Virus record (IMG/VR): IMGVR_UViG_3300030333_000934
Location: 1-53,004 of that record
DNA length: 53,004 nucleotides
Reading direction: 5' to 3' (one strand)
DNA from: a virus
Taxonomy: Duplodnaviria > Caudoviricetes
In this document: one piece after another, positions 28,010-42,214 of the stretch
Position numbering within the stretch: the first letter of the stretch is position 1
How the letters are laid out: each line of letters begins with the position of its first letter
Notes under the pieces: generated by a model
What the model was told of the DNA's origin: nothing
The model's input: the letters and a program-made list of their open reading frames with translations, nothing else
The model's database searches: none
Program-made: the position numbers and the translations under genes

Positions 28010-28120
28010 ATCTAATGGTAACTCTTTTAATCCCATAATGGAATAAATATTTAGATTATTAACAGATCCTTTGTATTCTGGTGCAATTTGGAATATTATT
28101 GTGAGAATTATTGAGAATTT
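28010..28120. promoter_or_regulatory. Divergent region between replication and late operons
   Basis: Contains AATCCC-ATAAT-GGAATA (28029-28045) and a weaker copy (28079-28095). Confidence 0.5.
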
Positions 28121-28684
28121 ATGGCTAAGAAAACGACTAACAGAAAAATAACCCCAACTTTAAAAACTAAAATGCGTAATGAATTTGTGCAAGGAGTAGT
28201 TAAAGATGAGGTTAGAACATATCCGACACTAGATCAGATTAAAAGTCAGTATAAGGTGGCTCAATCTACTCTATATAGAATAGCCAGAGAAGATAGTTGG
28301 AAGATCCAAAGAGAGCAATTTCAAACAGAGTTAGCAGAAAAGCTAGATGCCCAAAGAACTAAAGATCTAGTTAGTAGGGCAAAAAGATTTGATGATCAAA
28401 GTATAAGCCTTGCTACTGCTTTGTATTCTACTGTGGGTCAAGTTATAACAAAAAACAATGCTGATATACAAAGTGGAAAAGAAGGTCTAAAACCTTCACA
28501 GCTTAACGCACTAGCTAATACAGTAGTTACAGCACAACGATTAGCTAAGTTAGCATTAGGAGAAGCAACAGATAATATAAATGCAACAGTCAATGAAAAC
28601 ACCGACAGCTTCAGACGAGCTATGGAATTGCTTGACCAAGTTGAAGACTACCGCAGAAGCGAAAGCGATACAACTACGCACTGA
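28121..28684 (+). CDS. Terminase small subunit (putative)
   Basis: HTH-like N-terminus, helical body; immediately upstream of the large subunit. Confidence 0.65.
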   Translation: MAKKTTNRKITPTLKTKMRNEFVQGVVKDEVRTYPTLDQIKSQYKVAQSTLYRIAREDSWKIQREQFQTELAEKLDAQRTKDLVSRAKRFDDQSISLATALYSTVGQVITKNNADIQSGKEGLKPSQLNALANTVVTAQRLAKLALGEATDNINATVNENTDSFRRAMELLDQVEDYRRSESDTTTH

Positions 28685-29897
28685 TTGGCTATCTACAGCG
28701 AGGGATAAGCAACTACCACCGAAAGATAGTGATTACTATGTATGGTTAATTCTTGCAGGTAGAGGTTGGGGCAAGACTAGAACAGGTGCGCAGGATATTG
28801 CTCTCTATGCACTAAGAAACCCAAACACTATATCAGCAGTAGTAGCACCGACACATGGAGATCTCAGAAGAGTTTGTTTTGGTGGTCCTTCTGGTCTGAA
28901 CTCTATAATCCCCAAAGAGTGTATGAGTAGCGAAAGAGATCAGAAGGGCTACTCTGTATCTACTAGCGAGATCCGATTATTTAATGGATCTAAAATAGTA
29001 GGTTATGCAGCTATAGAGCCAGAAAGACTTAGAGGGCCACAATTCCATAGAGCATGGTGCGACGAACTTGCAGCTTGGAGATACCCAGAAGCATTTGATC
29101 AGCTTATGTTTGGTCTAAGACTTGGAGATGATCCGAAGTGTGTAATTACTACAACACCTAAGCCAACCAAAATAATTAGAGATCTAGTAGAAAGAGAAGA
29201 TGTAAAAGTAGTCAGTGGTAACACATTTGAAAACCAAGAGAACTTAGCAGAAAGCGCATTAGCTATGCTTAAAGATAAATATGAAGGAACTACACTTGGA
29301 AGGCAAGAATTATATGCGGAAATAATAGAAGCTATAGAAGGTGCATTATGGTCACCAAAGCTAATAGAAGAAGCTAGATTGTCAAAAGATACAGAAAGAG
29401 ATCTCACTCAAATTATTGTTGCGATTGATCCTGCGGTAACAGCTAATGACAATAGTGATGAGACAGGGATCTTGGTGGTTGGAAAAGATCACAAAAACGA
29501 GTATTATGTATTAGAAGATCTGAGTGGTAAGTACACACCAGATAAGTGGGCCAAGCAATCTATAAATGCTTTTTATGATTGGGGAGCAGATAGAATAGTT
29601 GCAGAGGTCAACAATGGTGGAGACTTGGTAGAACGACTTATACGCAATATAGATCCTAATGTGTCTTACAGATCAGTTAGAGCCACAAGAGGAAAGATAG
29701 TACGAGCCGAGCCAATCTCTGCATTATATGAACAGAGGAGAGTTCATCATTTAGGATTTTTTGAAGAACTTGAATCGCAGATGTGCTCCTACACAGGAGA
29801 GGTGGGTCAAGGCTCACCAGATAGGCTAGATGCTTTAGTATGGGGTTTAACTGAACTGAGTAAATCTAGAGGAACTGTAAATTGGAGAATTAGCTAA
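28581..29897 (+). CDS. terL: Terminase large subunit
   Basis: LAGRGWGKT, LRGPQF..AWCDE, TTTPK, AIDPA, E.NNGG, K..RA, SPDRLDA. Start uncertain. Confidence 0.96.
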   Translation: MQQSMKTPTASDELWNCLTKLKTTAEAKAIQLRTDWLSTARDKQLPPKDSDYYVWLILAGRGWGKTRTGAQDIALYALRNPNTISAVVAPTHGDLRRVCFGGPSGLNSIIPKECMSSERDQKGYSVSTSEIRLFNGSKIVGYAAIEPERLRGPQFHRAWCDELAAWRYPEAFDQLMFGLRLGDDPKCVITTTPKPTKIIRDLVEREDVKVVSGNTFENQENLAESALAMLKDKYEGTTLGRQELYAEIIEAIEGALWSPKLIEEARLSKDTERDLTQIIVAIDPAVTANDNSDETGILVVGKDHKNEYYVLEDLSGKYTPDKWAKQSINAFYDWGADRIVAEVNNGGDLVERLIRNIDPNVSYRSVRATRGKIVRAEPISALYEQRRVHHLGFFEELESQMCSYTGEVGQGSPDRLDALVWGLTELSKSRGTVNWRIS

Positions 29898-31939
29898 TGG
29901 CAATATTAGATAACATTAGGAACTTCTTTACTGGACAAGATGAGCCAGAAAAGAAGATGGAAGGACGAGTAGCACAATATTTCGGTGTTGGACCAACACA
30001 TAAAAATTACAAGTATGAAGATCTAGCTAAAGAAGGCTATCTAAAAAATGCAATAGTCTTTCGTTGTGTTAATGAGATCTCTAGTGGGGCAAGTGCTGTT
30101 AAATACCAACTCTTTAATGGAGATGAGGAATTAGAATACCACCCCTTAATTAATCTTTTAGATAGGCCAAACCCTTTACAAAGTAACTTTGAATTTATGA
30201 AGGCTCTATCTAGTTATCTTTTATTATCTGGTAATACATACATATTAAAAACAGGTGCAGAAAATCAAGCACCTAAAGAACTTCATCTACTGCGCCCAGA
30301 TAGAATGAAAATTAAAGGATCTGGAAAAGCAATACCAGAGAGATACGACTATATTATAGATGGAAAAGTAAAAGCATCTTATCCAGTAAACCCAGTTAAT
30401 GGTAATTCAGAAGTTAAACATATCAAGCTATATAACCCAATGGACGACTTATATGGTTGCTCTCCTTTGTCAGCTGCAGCAGTAGAAGTAGATCAACATA
30501 ATCTTTCCTCGCAACATAATATTTCTCTGTTAAATAATGGAGCAAGGCCAAGTGGAGCAATCGTATTTAAGGCAACTGACGATAGTGGATTTGCAGTAAA
30601 TCTAACAGATAGCCAAAGACAACAACTTATTACAGATCTTAATAAAAGATTTACAGGAGTAGCAAATGCTTCTCGCCCTATGTTATTAGAAGGAGATTTT
30701 GATTGGAAAGAGATGGGACTATCTCCAAAAGATATGGACTTTATGAATTTAAAACACATGGCTACTACAGATATAGCACTTTGTTTCGGTGTGCCTTCTC
30801 AGTTAGTAGGAGTTCCAGATAGTCAAACCTATGCTAATGTTGCAGAAGCTAGACTTGCACTATACGAAGAAACAATAATCCCACATATTAAACAAATAGA
30901 AAGTGATCTAAACGAGTGGCTAGTGCCTATGTTTGATGAAAGATTACGACTTAAATTTGATATTGATGGTATTCCTGCACTAGCAGAAAGAAAAAGAAAG
31001 ATCTATGAAAATATAACAAGTGCAGTTAGAGAAGGGATTATGACTAGAAATGAAGCTAGATCCCAAATCGGCTTAGAAGCAGTAGAAGGTGGAGATGATA
31101 TATTCATAAGTGCAACACTTTTCCCACTCGGTGACAGCGATGTTCCACAGCCTAAAAACCCTATTTCAGAAAGTGAAGTAGAGGGATATGAAGAAGAAGC
31201 TATGGAAGATGATAAGGTTGAAGATCTATTGCAAGACTATTTTAAGATGGATAAGGCTCTATCAGATATAGACTTTACCCCAACAGATGGAATGAAAGCC
31301 GAAGCACAAAGAGGTTTAGACTGGCGAAAAGAATATGGAAGAGGTGGAACATCTGTCGGTATGGCTAGAGCCAATCAGTTAATTAGAAAAGAAAGTCTAT
31401 CGCCAAATACAGTGAAAAGAATGTATAGCTTTTTCTCTAGGCACGAAGTAGATAAACAAGCAGAAGGATTTAAACCAGGCGAGAAAGGATTTCCAAGTAA
31501 TGGAAGAATAGCTTGGGCACTTTGGGGTGGCGATGCAGGATTTAGTTGGGCCAAGAAGAAATGGAATCAAATACAAAACGAAAGTAAAGATTTAGAAATA
31601 TATGACGATATACATATAGAAGCCGAAGAAGATATTAAGGCTCTATCTGGTGCAGTTAAAGAAGGACTACAAAAGAAGGTAGATGATCATAATGAGAAAT
31701 ATGGAGATAACAAAACTAAAAGAGCAACACTTAGAATGTTAGAAGCAGTATTTCGTAGAGGAGTTGGTGCATACAGGACCAATCCTAGTTCAGTTCGCCC
31801 CTCAGTAAGATCTCCAGATCAGTGGGCATATGCTAGAGTTAATTCATTTCTATTTGCATTAGGCAAGGGCAAATTTAGAGGTGGAAAGCACGATACTGAT
31901 TTATTTCCGAAGGGACACCCCTTGTCTAGCAAAGATTAA
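29897..31939 (+). CDS. HK97-family portal protein with ~250-aa C-terminal extension
   Basis: LL.RPNP, LLLSGN.Y, LRPDRM, GCSPL, NGARPSG, IA.CFGVP..LVG, TRNEAR..GL; two extra domains follow. Confidence 0.95.
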   Translation: MAILDNIRNFFTGQDEPEKKMEGRVAQYFGVGPTHKNYKYEDLAKEGYLKNAIVFRCVNEISSGASAVKYQLFNGDEELEYHPLINLLDRPNPLQSNFEFMKALSSYLLLSGNTYILKTGAENQAPKELHLLRPDRMKIKGSGKAIPERYDYIIDGKVKASYPVNPVNGNSEVKHIKLYNPMDDLYGCSPLSAAAVEVDQHNLSSQHNISLLNNGARPSGAIVFKATDDSGFAVNLTDSQRQQLITDLNKRFTGVANASRPMLLEGDFDWKEMGLSPKDMDFMNLKHMATTDIALCFGVPSQLVGVPDSQTYANVAEARLALYEETIIPHIKQIESDLNEWLVPMFDERLRLKFDIDGIPALAERKRKIYENITSAVREGIMTRNEARSQIGLEAVEGGDDIFISATLFPLGDSDVPQPKNPISESEVEGYEEEAMEDDKVEDLLQDYFKMDKALSDIDFTPTDGMKAEAQRGLDWRKEYGRGGTSVGMARANQLIRKESLSPNTVKRMYSFFSRHEVDKQAEGFKPGEKGFPSNGRIAWALWGGDAGFSWAKKKWNQIQNESKDLEIYDDIHIEAEEDIKALSGAVKEGLQKKVDDHNEKYGDNKTKRATLRMLEAVFRRGVGAYRTNPSSVRPSVRSPDQWAYARVNSFLFALGKGKFRGGKHDTDLFPKGHPLSSKD

Positions 31940-32760
31940 TGCGAGAGAGCAAAAGACTTGACCAAGCAAGAAGGGGTAGAGTTAATGCTCTAAGAGATCA
32001 CGCACAACAACGCAGAGTAAGAGATAACCTAGAAAGAAGGTTAGCAAAAAATCTTAAAACACTATTTAGAAAGTTTATGAATACAGAATTGTATTTATTC
32101 AGAGAGTATGGTGTTTGGGATCCAGATGTAGCTAGAGAGCATTTAGAAGAAGATTTTATCCCAGTCCTTACAGTACATTTAAGAAAACTTTTTCAGATGG
32201 TATGGACTAATGAAGAAGCTAAAGTAACACAAGGTAAACAAATGTCTGTAGATGTAAGAGTATTTAGACAACAAAGGGACATAGTAGAGTTGGTAGATAG
32301 ATATTTTAATGGTAGAGCATTAATTCTAGCTAATGTTACAGCAAGAATGGCACAAGCTATAGATGATCTAATTAGAGAAGGTAAAGAAGAAGGGATCTCA
32401 AATTATCAAATAGCTAGAAATATACAAAATACTTTTCCTAGCATTATTTCGGCTAGAGCAAATCTAATAGCTAGAACTGAAACACATAATGCAGCAGGTT
32501 ATGCAGCCGATGTTTATTATGACGCACTTAGAAATGTTACAGGCCAGAATATGATGAAGAAGTGGGTATCTACAGGAGATGAAAGGACCAGAGAAGCACA
32601 CAGAGAAGCAGGAGCAGGTAAACCAATTCCAATGGACGAGGACTTTATTGTGGGTGGTGCACCCATGAAATATGCAGGAGATCCGAGAGGTGGATTAAAG
32701 AATACAATAAACTGTAGGTGCACAGTTGTATATGTTGATCAACGAGATGTTGTGGAATAG
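31939..32760 (+). CDS. Head morphogenesis protein (Mu gpF / SPP1 gp7-like)
   Basis: RA.LIARTE, KKW....DERTR.AH, F.VGG, INCRC. Confidence 0.9.
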   Translation: MRESKRLDQARRGRVNALRDHAQQRRVRDNLERRLAKNLKTLFRKFMNTELYLFREYGVWDPDVAREHLEEDFIPVLTVHLRKLFQMVWTNEEAKVTQGKQMSVDVRVFRQQRDIVELVDRYFNGRALILANVTARMAQAIDDLIREGKEEGISNYQIARNIQNTFPSIISARANLIARTETHNAAGYAADVYYDALRNVTGQNMMKKWVSTGDERTREAHREAGAGKPIPMDEDFIVGGAPMKYAGDPRGGLKNTINCRCTVVYVDQRDVVE

Positions 32761-32835
32761 TCGGATTACATATACCATATATAGTTATTATGTGCTACGA
32801 TTTATGCAAAGTTTTATTTATTTTTAGGAGTAAAC

Positions 32836-33816
32836 ATGGAACAAACCGATAAGATGTCCTCAGTAATAGAAAAACTGAAAGACAAAATTGACGAATCGGT
32901 TATTGAAGATCAAGAAGATTGCAAAGGCAACGACCAAAAAGAAGAAGTAAGGCGAGATGTCTTTACTACAGAAGAAGAAGCAGTAGATAGAGCCAAAGAA
33001 ATTGGTTGTGTAGGATTTCATACACACGATGAAGATGGCCAAAAGGTATTTATGCCCTGTAAAACACACGAAGATTATACAGAAGCTACTGGTATGGAAT
33101 TGTCTGGCTATGGATATGGAAAACCTAAAAAACCTAAAAAAGAAGATCTAGCAAATCACAGTATAAAAACAGATCTCAAATCAATAGATAGTGATAGTAC
33201 AGAATATGGCTACTTTGAAGGCTATGGGTCAGTCTTTGGTAATACTGATCTTGGTAATGATGTAATACAAAAAGGTGCATTTAGAGAAAGTCTTAAAAAT
33301 AGAGAAGCAAAAGAAGTCAAACTTTTATATCAACATAAGTCCGATATGCCGATAGGTGTTTTTGATGAGATCGTAGAAGATGATCATGGACTTGTTGTAA
33401 AAGGTAGATTGGCCCTTAAAACACAAGCAGGGCAGGAAGCATACGAACTATTAAAGATGGGCGCACTAGATGGCCTATCAATAGGATTTAAAATAAATCC
33501 AAAAAAAGTTTCTTACGAAGATCGTGGTCAAAAGCGAATCTTAAAGGAAGTTGATCTAATGGAGGTATCTTTAGTAACTTTCCCTATGAATCCACAGGCA
33601 ACTGTGACACAGGTAAAGGGACAAGATCTTTCTGTTAGAGAATGGGAAAAAGAACTGCGCGATGCTTTTCAGTTATCTCGTTCAGAAGCAAAAGTGGCTG
33701 CAGGTGCAATCCATAAATCTCTTAATCAGCGAGAAGTTGAAGTTAAAGAGGTTGATATAGTAGATGCTATGAATAAATTAAACTATAACCTTAAAAATCT
33801 TATAAACAGGAGATGA
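32836..33816 (+). CDS. HK97-family prohead protease with N-terminal extra domain
   Basis: FEGYGSVF, D.IQKGAF, LYQH, GLSIGF, L.EVSLVTFPMNP.A. Confidence 0.95.
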   Translation: MEQTDKMSSVIEKLKDKIDESVIEDQEDCKGNDQKEEVRRDVFTTEEEAVDRAKEIGCVGFHTHDEDGQKVFMPCKTHEDYTEATGMELSGYGYGKPKKPKKEDLANHSIKTDLKSIDSDSTEYGYFEGYGSVFGNTDLGNDVIQKGAFRESLKNREAKEVKLLYQHKSDMPIGVFDEIVEDDHGLVVKGRLALKTQAGQEAYELLKMGALDGLSIGFKINPKKVSYEDRGQKRILKEVDLMEVSLVTFPMNPQATVTQVKGQDLSVREWEKELRDAFQLSRSEAKVAAGAIHKSLNQREVEVKEVDIVDAMNKLNYNLKNLINRR

Positions 33817-33818
33817 AT

Positions 33819-35033
33819 ATGTCGGAAGATGTAAAAGCTGTTATTCAAGAATTCGGAAATACTTTTGAAGAATTTAAAAAAGTAAATGACGAAAGAATTG
33901 ATAACATTGAAAAAGGTCTTAGTTCATCTGATCAAGATGCCAAACTAGAAAAGATAGAAGCGAAGCTAGACAGTCTAGAGGATATTAATCAGAAGCTAAC
34001 TACGGCCAACGAGTCTGCTGAAAATATGAAATCTAAAGTGGAAGAGCTAGAAGCGGTCATTACTAGACCAAATTCTGGATTTGAAGCAAAACAGGTTGAC
34101 GATTTCAGACAGGCATTTGATGCTTACTGCCGAAAGGGTGCTGACAAGCTAACCCCAGAGGAAGTAAAAGCATTAACTGTGAGTAATGATTCTACAGGTG
34201 GTTATTTAGCACCACCAGAGTATGTCAGAGAGCTGTTAAAAGCAGTTACTGAGATCTCTCCAATTAGAAGCATTGCTAGAGTAAGATCCACAGGCCAAAG
34301 ATCAATACAAGTTCCTAAAAGAACTGGTCAATTTTCGGCTCAGTGGGTTGCGGAAAGTGGGACTAGATCAGAAACAACTGGTTGGACAGTCGGCTTAGAG
34401 GAAATTCCTTGCCACGAGCATTATGCTATGGTGGATATTTCTGAGCAAGACTTAGAAGATACAGTCTTTGATTTAGAATCAGAAATGCAATCTGAATTTG
34501 CAGAGCAATTTGCAAAAGCAGAAGGTGCTGCATTCGTTAGTGGTAACTCTGTAGGAAAACCAGAAGGGATCTTAACCAACTCAAGTGTTGGTGAAGTAGT
34601 ATCTGGTAATGGTACAGCACTACTAGCAGATGGTCTTTTAAGCCTAGTTCATGGCATTAAGTCTGAATATGGTAGAAATGGTAAATTTGTTTTCAATAGA
34701 TCTACCTTAGCTGCGATTAGAAAGCTAAAAGACACAGCAGGTCAATATGTATTCCAAGCAGGTATGTCGCTTCAAGCAGGAGTTCCTAACACTATATTAG
34801 GTTATCCATATATTGAAGCATCTGATATGCCAGATGTTGGTGCAGGAGCATATCCAATCGTATTTGGAGACTTCAACAGAGCATATATGATCGTAGATAG
34901 GGTGGCTATGGCTGTATTAAGAGATCCATACACACAGGCTTCTAGTGGAAATGTAAGATATTTAGCTAGACGAAGAGTGGGTGGTCAAGTTGTACAGGCA
35001 GAAGCAATTGTTAAACAAAAAGTATCAGCGTAA
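33819..35033 (+). CDS. HK97-fold major capsid protein
   Basis: Coiled-coil delta domain, GGYLAP, WVAE, G.G.GKPEGI, LKD..GQY, GYP, FGDF, RVGG. SD AGGAG favours ATG 33819. Confidence 0.97.
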   Translation: MSEDVKAVIQEFGNTFEEFKKVNDERIDNIEKGLSSSDQDAKLEKIEAKLDSLEDINQKLTTANESAENMKSKVEELEAVITRPNSGFEAKQVDDFRQAFDAYCRKGADKLTPEEVKALTVSNDSTGGYLAPPEYVRELLKAVTEISPIRSIARVRSTGQRSIQVPKRTGQFSAQWVAESGTRSETTGWTVGLEEIPCHEHYAMVDISEQDLEDTVFDLESEMQSEFAEQFAKAEGAAFVSGNSVGKPEGILTNSSVGEVVSGNGTALLADGLLSLVHGIKSEYGRNGKFVFNRSTLAAIRKLKDTAGQYVFQAGMSLQAGVPNTILGYPYIEASDMPDVGAGAYPIVFGDFNRAYMIVDRVAMAVLRDPYTQASSGNVRYLARRRVGGQVVQAEAIVKQKVSA

Positions 35034-35047
35034 GCGAGGAGTAGAAA

Positions 35048-35470
35048 ATGCAAGATTTAGCAAATAACATTAAATTAATGCAGTCTTTGGCTCCTGCTGC
35101 AAGAGATGCCGATGCAAACGGAACTGGTGTTGACACACAGGGATATGAAAATGTCGCTATTGTCGTTGATTCTGGTGTAGAGGGCATTACTCTTTCAGGA
35201 ACTAATAAGATAGAGTTTGAATTAGAACATTCTGATGATGATTCTACTTATACTGATTGCGAAAGTTCTGATATTAATGGGACACTAGGCTCTAATGGTT
35301 TATTTTTAACCTTAGATGCTAATGGCGAAACTCCACAAATCTCTGAGATTGAATATCTTGGAACTAAAAGATATGTGAGAGTGGTTGCTAACTTTAGTGG
35401 AACTCATGGTACAGCAACACCTTGCTCAGCATTTGTAATTCTTGGGAAGCCAAGACACGCACCTGCTTAG
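35048..35470 (+). CDS. Capsid decoration / minor head protein (putative)
   Basis: GVDT.GY, LEHSDD...TD, Y.G.KRYVR; follows the capsid gene, ahead of a terminator. Confidence 0.7.
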   Translation: MQDLANNIKLMQSLAPAARDADANGTGVDTQGYENVAIVVDSGVEGITLSGTNKIEFELEHSDDDSTYTDCESSDINGTLGSNGLFLTLDANGETPQISEIEYLGTKRYVRVVANFSGTHGTATPCSAFVILGKPRHAPA

Positions 35471-35482
35471 TTAAGTAATATT

Positions 35483-35513
35483 TGAGGGGGGTGTAATACT
35501 CCCCTCACTTTTA
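35483..35513 (+). terminator. Rho-independent terminator
   Basis: TGAGGGGGGT-loop-ACTCCCCTCA followed by CTTTT. Confidence 0.75.
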
Positions 35514-35524
35514 AGGGAAACATT

Positions 35525-35884
35525 ATGGCAAAGAAAAAATTTAAGATCCTTGTTCCAAAGCCTGCAAGTGCTAAGGAAGATGGAACAGAAGTTAAGTTAT
35601 ATACAGCAGACGAGATCGTTGAATCCGAAGGAAAATGGCAAGACGATATTATGGGCACATTCGTAGAGAATGGTTGGGCCATAGAAGTGAAAATGGACTC
35701 TGCTGATGAGACAGTAGAAGTAGAAGCCGAAGTTAAAAGGGCAAGAAACGAAAAAGGACAGCTTATAGGAGATGATCCAGACACCCCAGATGTGAATGAA
35801 GCATGGGAAGGTGGAGAAGCACCTAAGAAAACTACTAAGAAAAAAGCTACTGCTAAGAAAAAGACAACAAAGAAAAAATCTTAG
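35525..35884 (+). CDS. Hypothetical head-region protein with Lys-rich tail
   Basis: KRAR..KG....DDP.TPDVNEAW motif; basic C-terminus. Confidence 0.65.
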   Translation: MAKKKFKILVPKPASAKEDGTEVKLYTADEIVESEGKWQDDIMGTFVENGWAIEVKMDSADETVEVEAEVKRARNEKGQLIGDDPDTPDVNEAWEGGEAPKKTTKKKATAKKKTTKKKS

Positions 35885-35987
35885 TATCTCATTAACTTAC
35901 ACAAAACCATTAGAAGTAATGGTATTATGAATACTGCAGACGCAAGTAAAATGTTAGAAGGCATTATGTTAATAAAAGGAACAATTA

Positions 35988-40534
<4,547 letters not shown>

Positions 40535-40549
40535 TTTCTAGGGAGAAAT

Positions 40550-41125
40550 ATGAAAGCCATTTGGCAGATGTGGGCACAAGCCTTAAATCAAGAATCAATC
40601 AATAAAATAATTACCGAGTGCGAATTATACGACCCAGTTGAAGCATCTACAGGGTTTAATCTAGGCATAAAAGAAAAAGCTGTAAGATCTAGCACAGTTC
40701 GTTGGATTAACAAAAACGACAAAGATTCAAAATTCATACATGATTTAATCTATCACTATGCTGTAGAAGCTAATAGAAATGCTTTTGGTGTAGATATTAG
40801 CTATCTATCGGATATTCAATATACGATCTATGATGCTAAGGAAGCAGGACATTATGGTTGGCATTTTGATACTTTTTGGGATAATGATACAACTACTACT
40901 GATAGAAAGTTATCTGTTACGATACAACTATCAGATGGAAATAAAGACTATGAGGGTGGAGAGTTTGAGTTGGATCCACAATATGAGCAACCAAATCAAG
41001 AAGATTTGAGATCTCTAGGCACAGTATTAGTGTTCCCTTCTCCTATACGACATAGAGTAAAGCCAGTAACTAAAGGTATAAGGAAATCATTAGTTGCTTG
41101 GGTAGAAGGACCAAAATGGAAATGA
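40550..41125 (+). CDS. 2OG-Fe(II) oxygenase
   Basis: WHFD, RKLSVTIQLSD..DYEGG, VFPS..RHRVKPVTKG.RKSLVAW. Confidence 0.92.
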   Translation: MKAIWQMWAQALNQESINKIITECELYDPVEASTGFNLGIKEKAVRSSTVRWINKNDKDSKFIHDLIYHYAVEANRNAFGVDISYLSDIQYTIYDAKEAGHYGWHFDTFWDNDTTTTDRKLSVTIQLSDGNKDYEGGEFELDPQYEQPNQEDLRSLGTVLVFPSPIRHRVKPVTKGIRKSLVAWVEGPKWK

Positions 41126-41319
41126 ATGGGATTAAAAAGGTTATTCCTATTGTTGATAAACACAATATAGATATACCAGAAGGATATGCACTTGTAATCT
41201 ACGAAAAAGGCCAAGATGCTTACGAGGGCATGATTATCTTTAACTGGGAAGAATTAGATCAATACGACATTTACTATAAAGATCCAAGATACGCATATAT
41301 AAGAATGGTAAAGATATGA
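41122..41319 (+). CDS. Hypothetical protein
   Basis: ATGA-coupled at both ends. Confidence 0.55.
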   Translation: MNGIKKVIPIVDKHNIDIPEGYALVIYEKGQDAYEGMIIFNWEELDQYDIYYKDPRYAYIRMVKI

Positions 41320-41903
41320 TAAAGACATTTATAGAAATAGGATCTTGTGATTTTGATACTAATTTAAAACTAATAGAAAATGGGGATTGGATAGGAGTAA
41401 TGTGCGAGCCTGCACCTAAATACTTTCACAATCTAAAACAGATCGTATCAGGAAGTAAAAATAAAGAGAATTTACACTTAGAAAATATAGCTATAAGTGA
41501 TTTTGATGGAAAGGTAGATTTTACTGTATCTAAAGATCTCACTAACAAAGATAGAAGTATGTCTTGGGTTAGAGGTATCTCTAGTATTACTGCCGATAAT
41601 CACAAAGGCGAAAGACTATTTGAATATCAAGATAATGCTAAATTCATAGAGGAACATATAGAAGTTCCTTGTATGAGATTGGATAGTTTGATAGCGAAGT
41701 ATAAATTTGAGCATATTAACTATCTAAAAATAGATGTAGAAGGTCACGAAATAAATATCATTGAGGATTATTCTTGGGATATTAAGCCAGACTTCGTAAA
41801 GCTAGAGCATTCGCACATAGATCATCTCTATGCTAAAAACATATTAGAAGCTAAGGGATATATCGTATATATAGAAAATAGGGATATATATGCAGTTAGA
41901 TGA
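41316..41903 (+). CDS. FkbM-family SAM methyltransferase
   Basis: FIEIG, CEP, NIAISD, V.CMRLD, YLKIDVEGHE. Confidence 0.88.
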   Translation: MIKTFIEIGSCDFDTNLKLIENGDWIGVMCEPAPKYFHNLKQIVSGSKNKENLHLENIAISDFDGKVDFTVSKDLTNKDRSMSWVRGISSITADNHKGERLFEYQDNAKFIEEHIEVPCMRLDSLIAKYKFEHINYLKIDVEGHEINIIEDYSWDIKPDFVKLEHSHIDHLYAKNILEAKGYIVYIENRDIYAVR

Positions 41904-42214
41904 AACTTAAAACAAACATTGTTAAAGAAGATGATAGATATAAAGTAGCAGATGATACTTCTCTAAATCAATTAGTCGTTAGCACTACAAAACTATTTGC
42001 AAAAAAAAGAACTACAGGACACGCACACGCAGGACAGGAAGAAGTTTATGTATTTACCAAAGGCGAAGGAGAAATGCAAATAGATAATATGAGATTCAAA
42101 GTAAAAGAAGGAGATGTAATTCTTATAGAAGATGGCCAATTTCATAGGGTTTATAACACCTCAGATTACAGATTAGACTTTCTTTGTGTTTTTACAGGAT
42201 CTAGAAAGAAATGA
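41900..42214 (+). CDS. Cupin-domain protein (sugar isomerase-like)
   Basis: H.H.GQEEVY.F.KGEG and GD..LI..G.FHRVYN motifs. Confidence 0.85.
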   Translation: MKLKTNIVKEDDRYKVADDTSLNQLVVSTTKLFAKKRTTGHAHAGQEEVYVFTKGEGEMQIDNMRFKVKEGDVILIEDGQFHRVYNTSDYRLDFLCVFTGSRKK

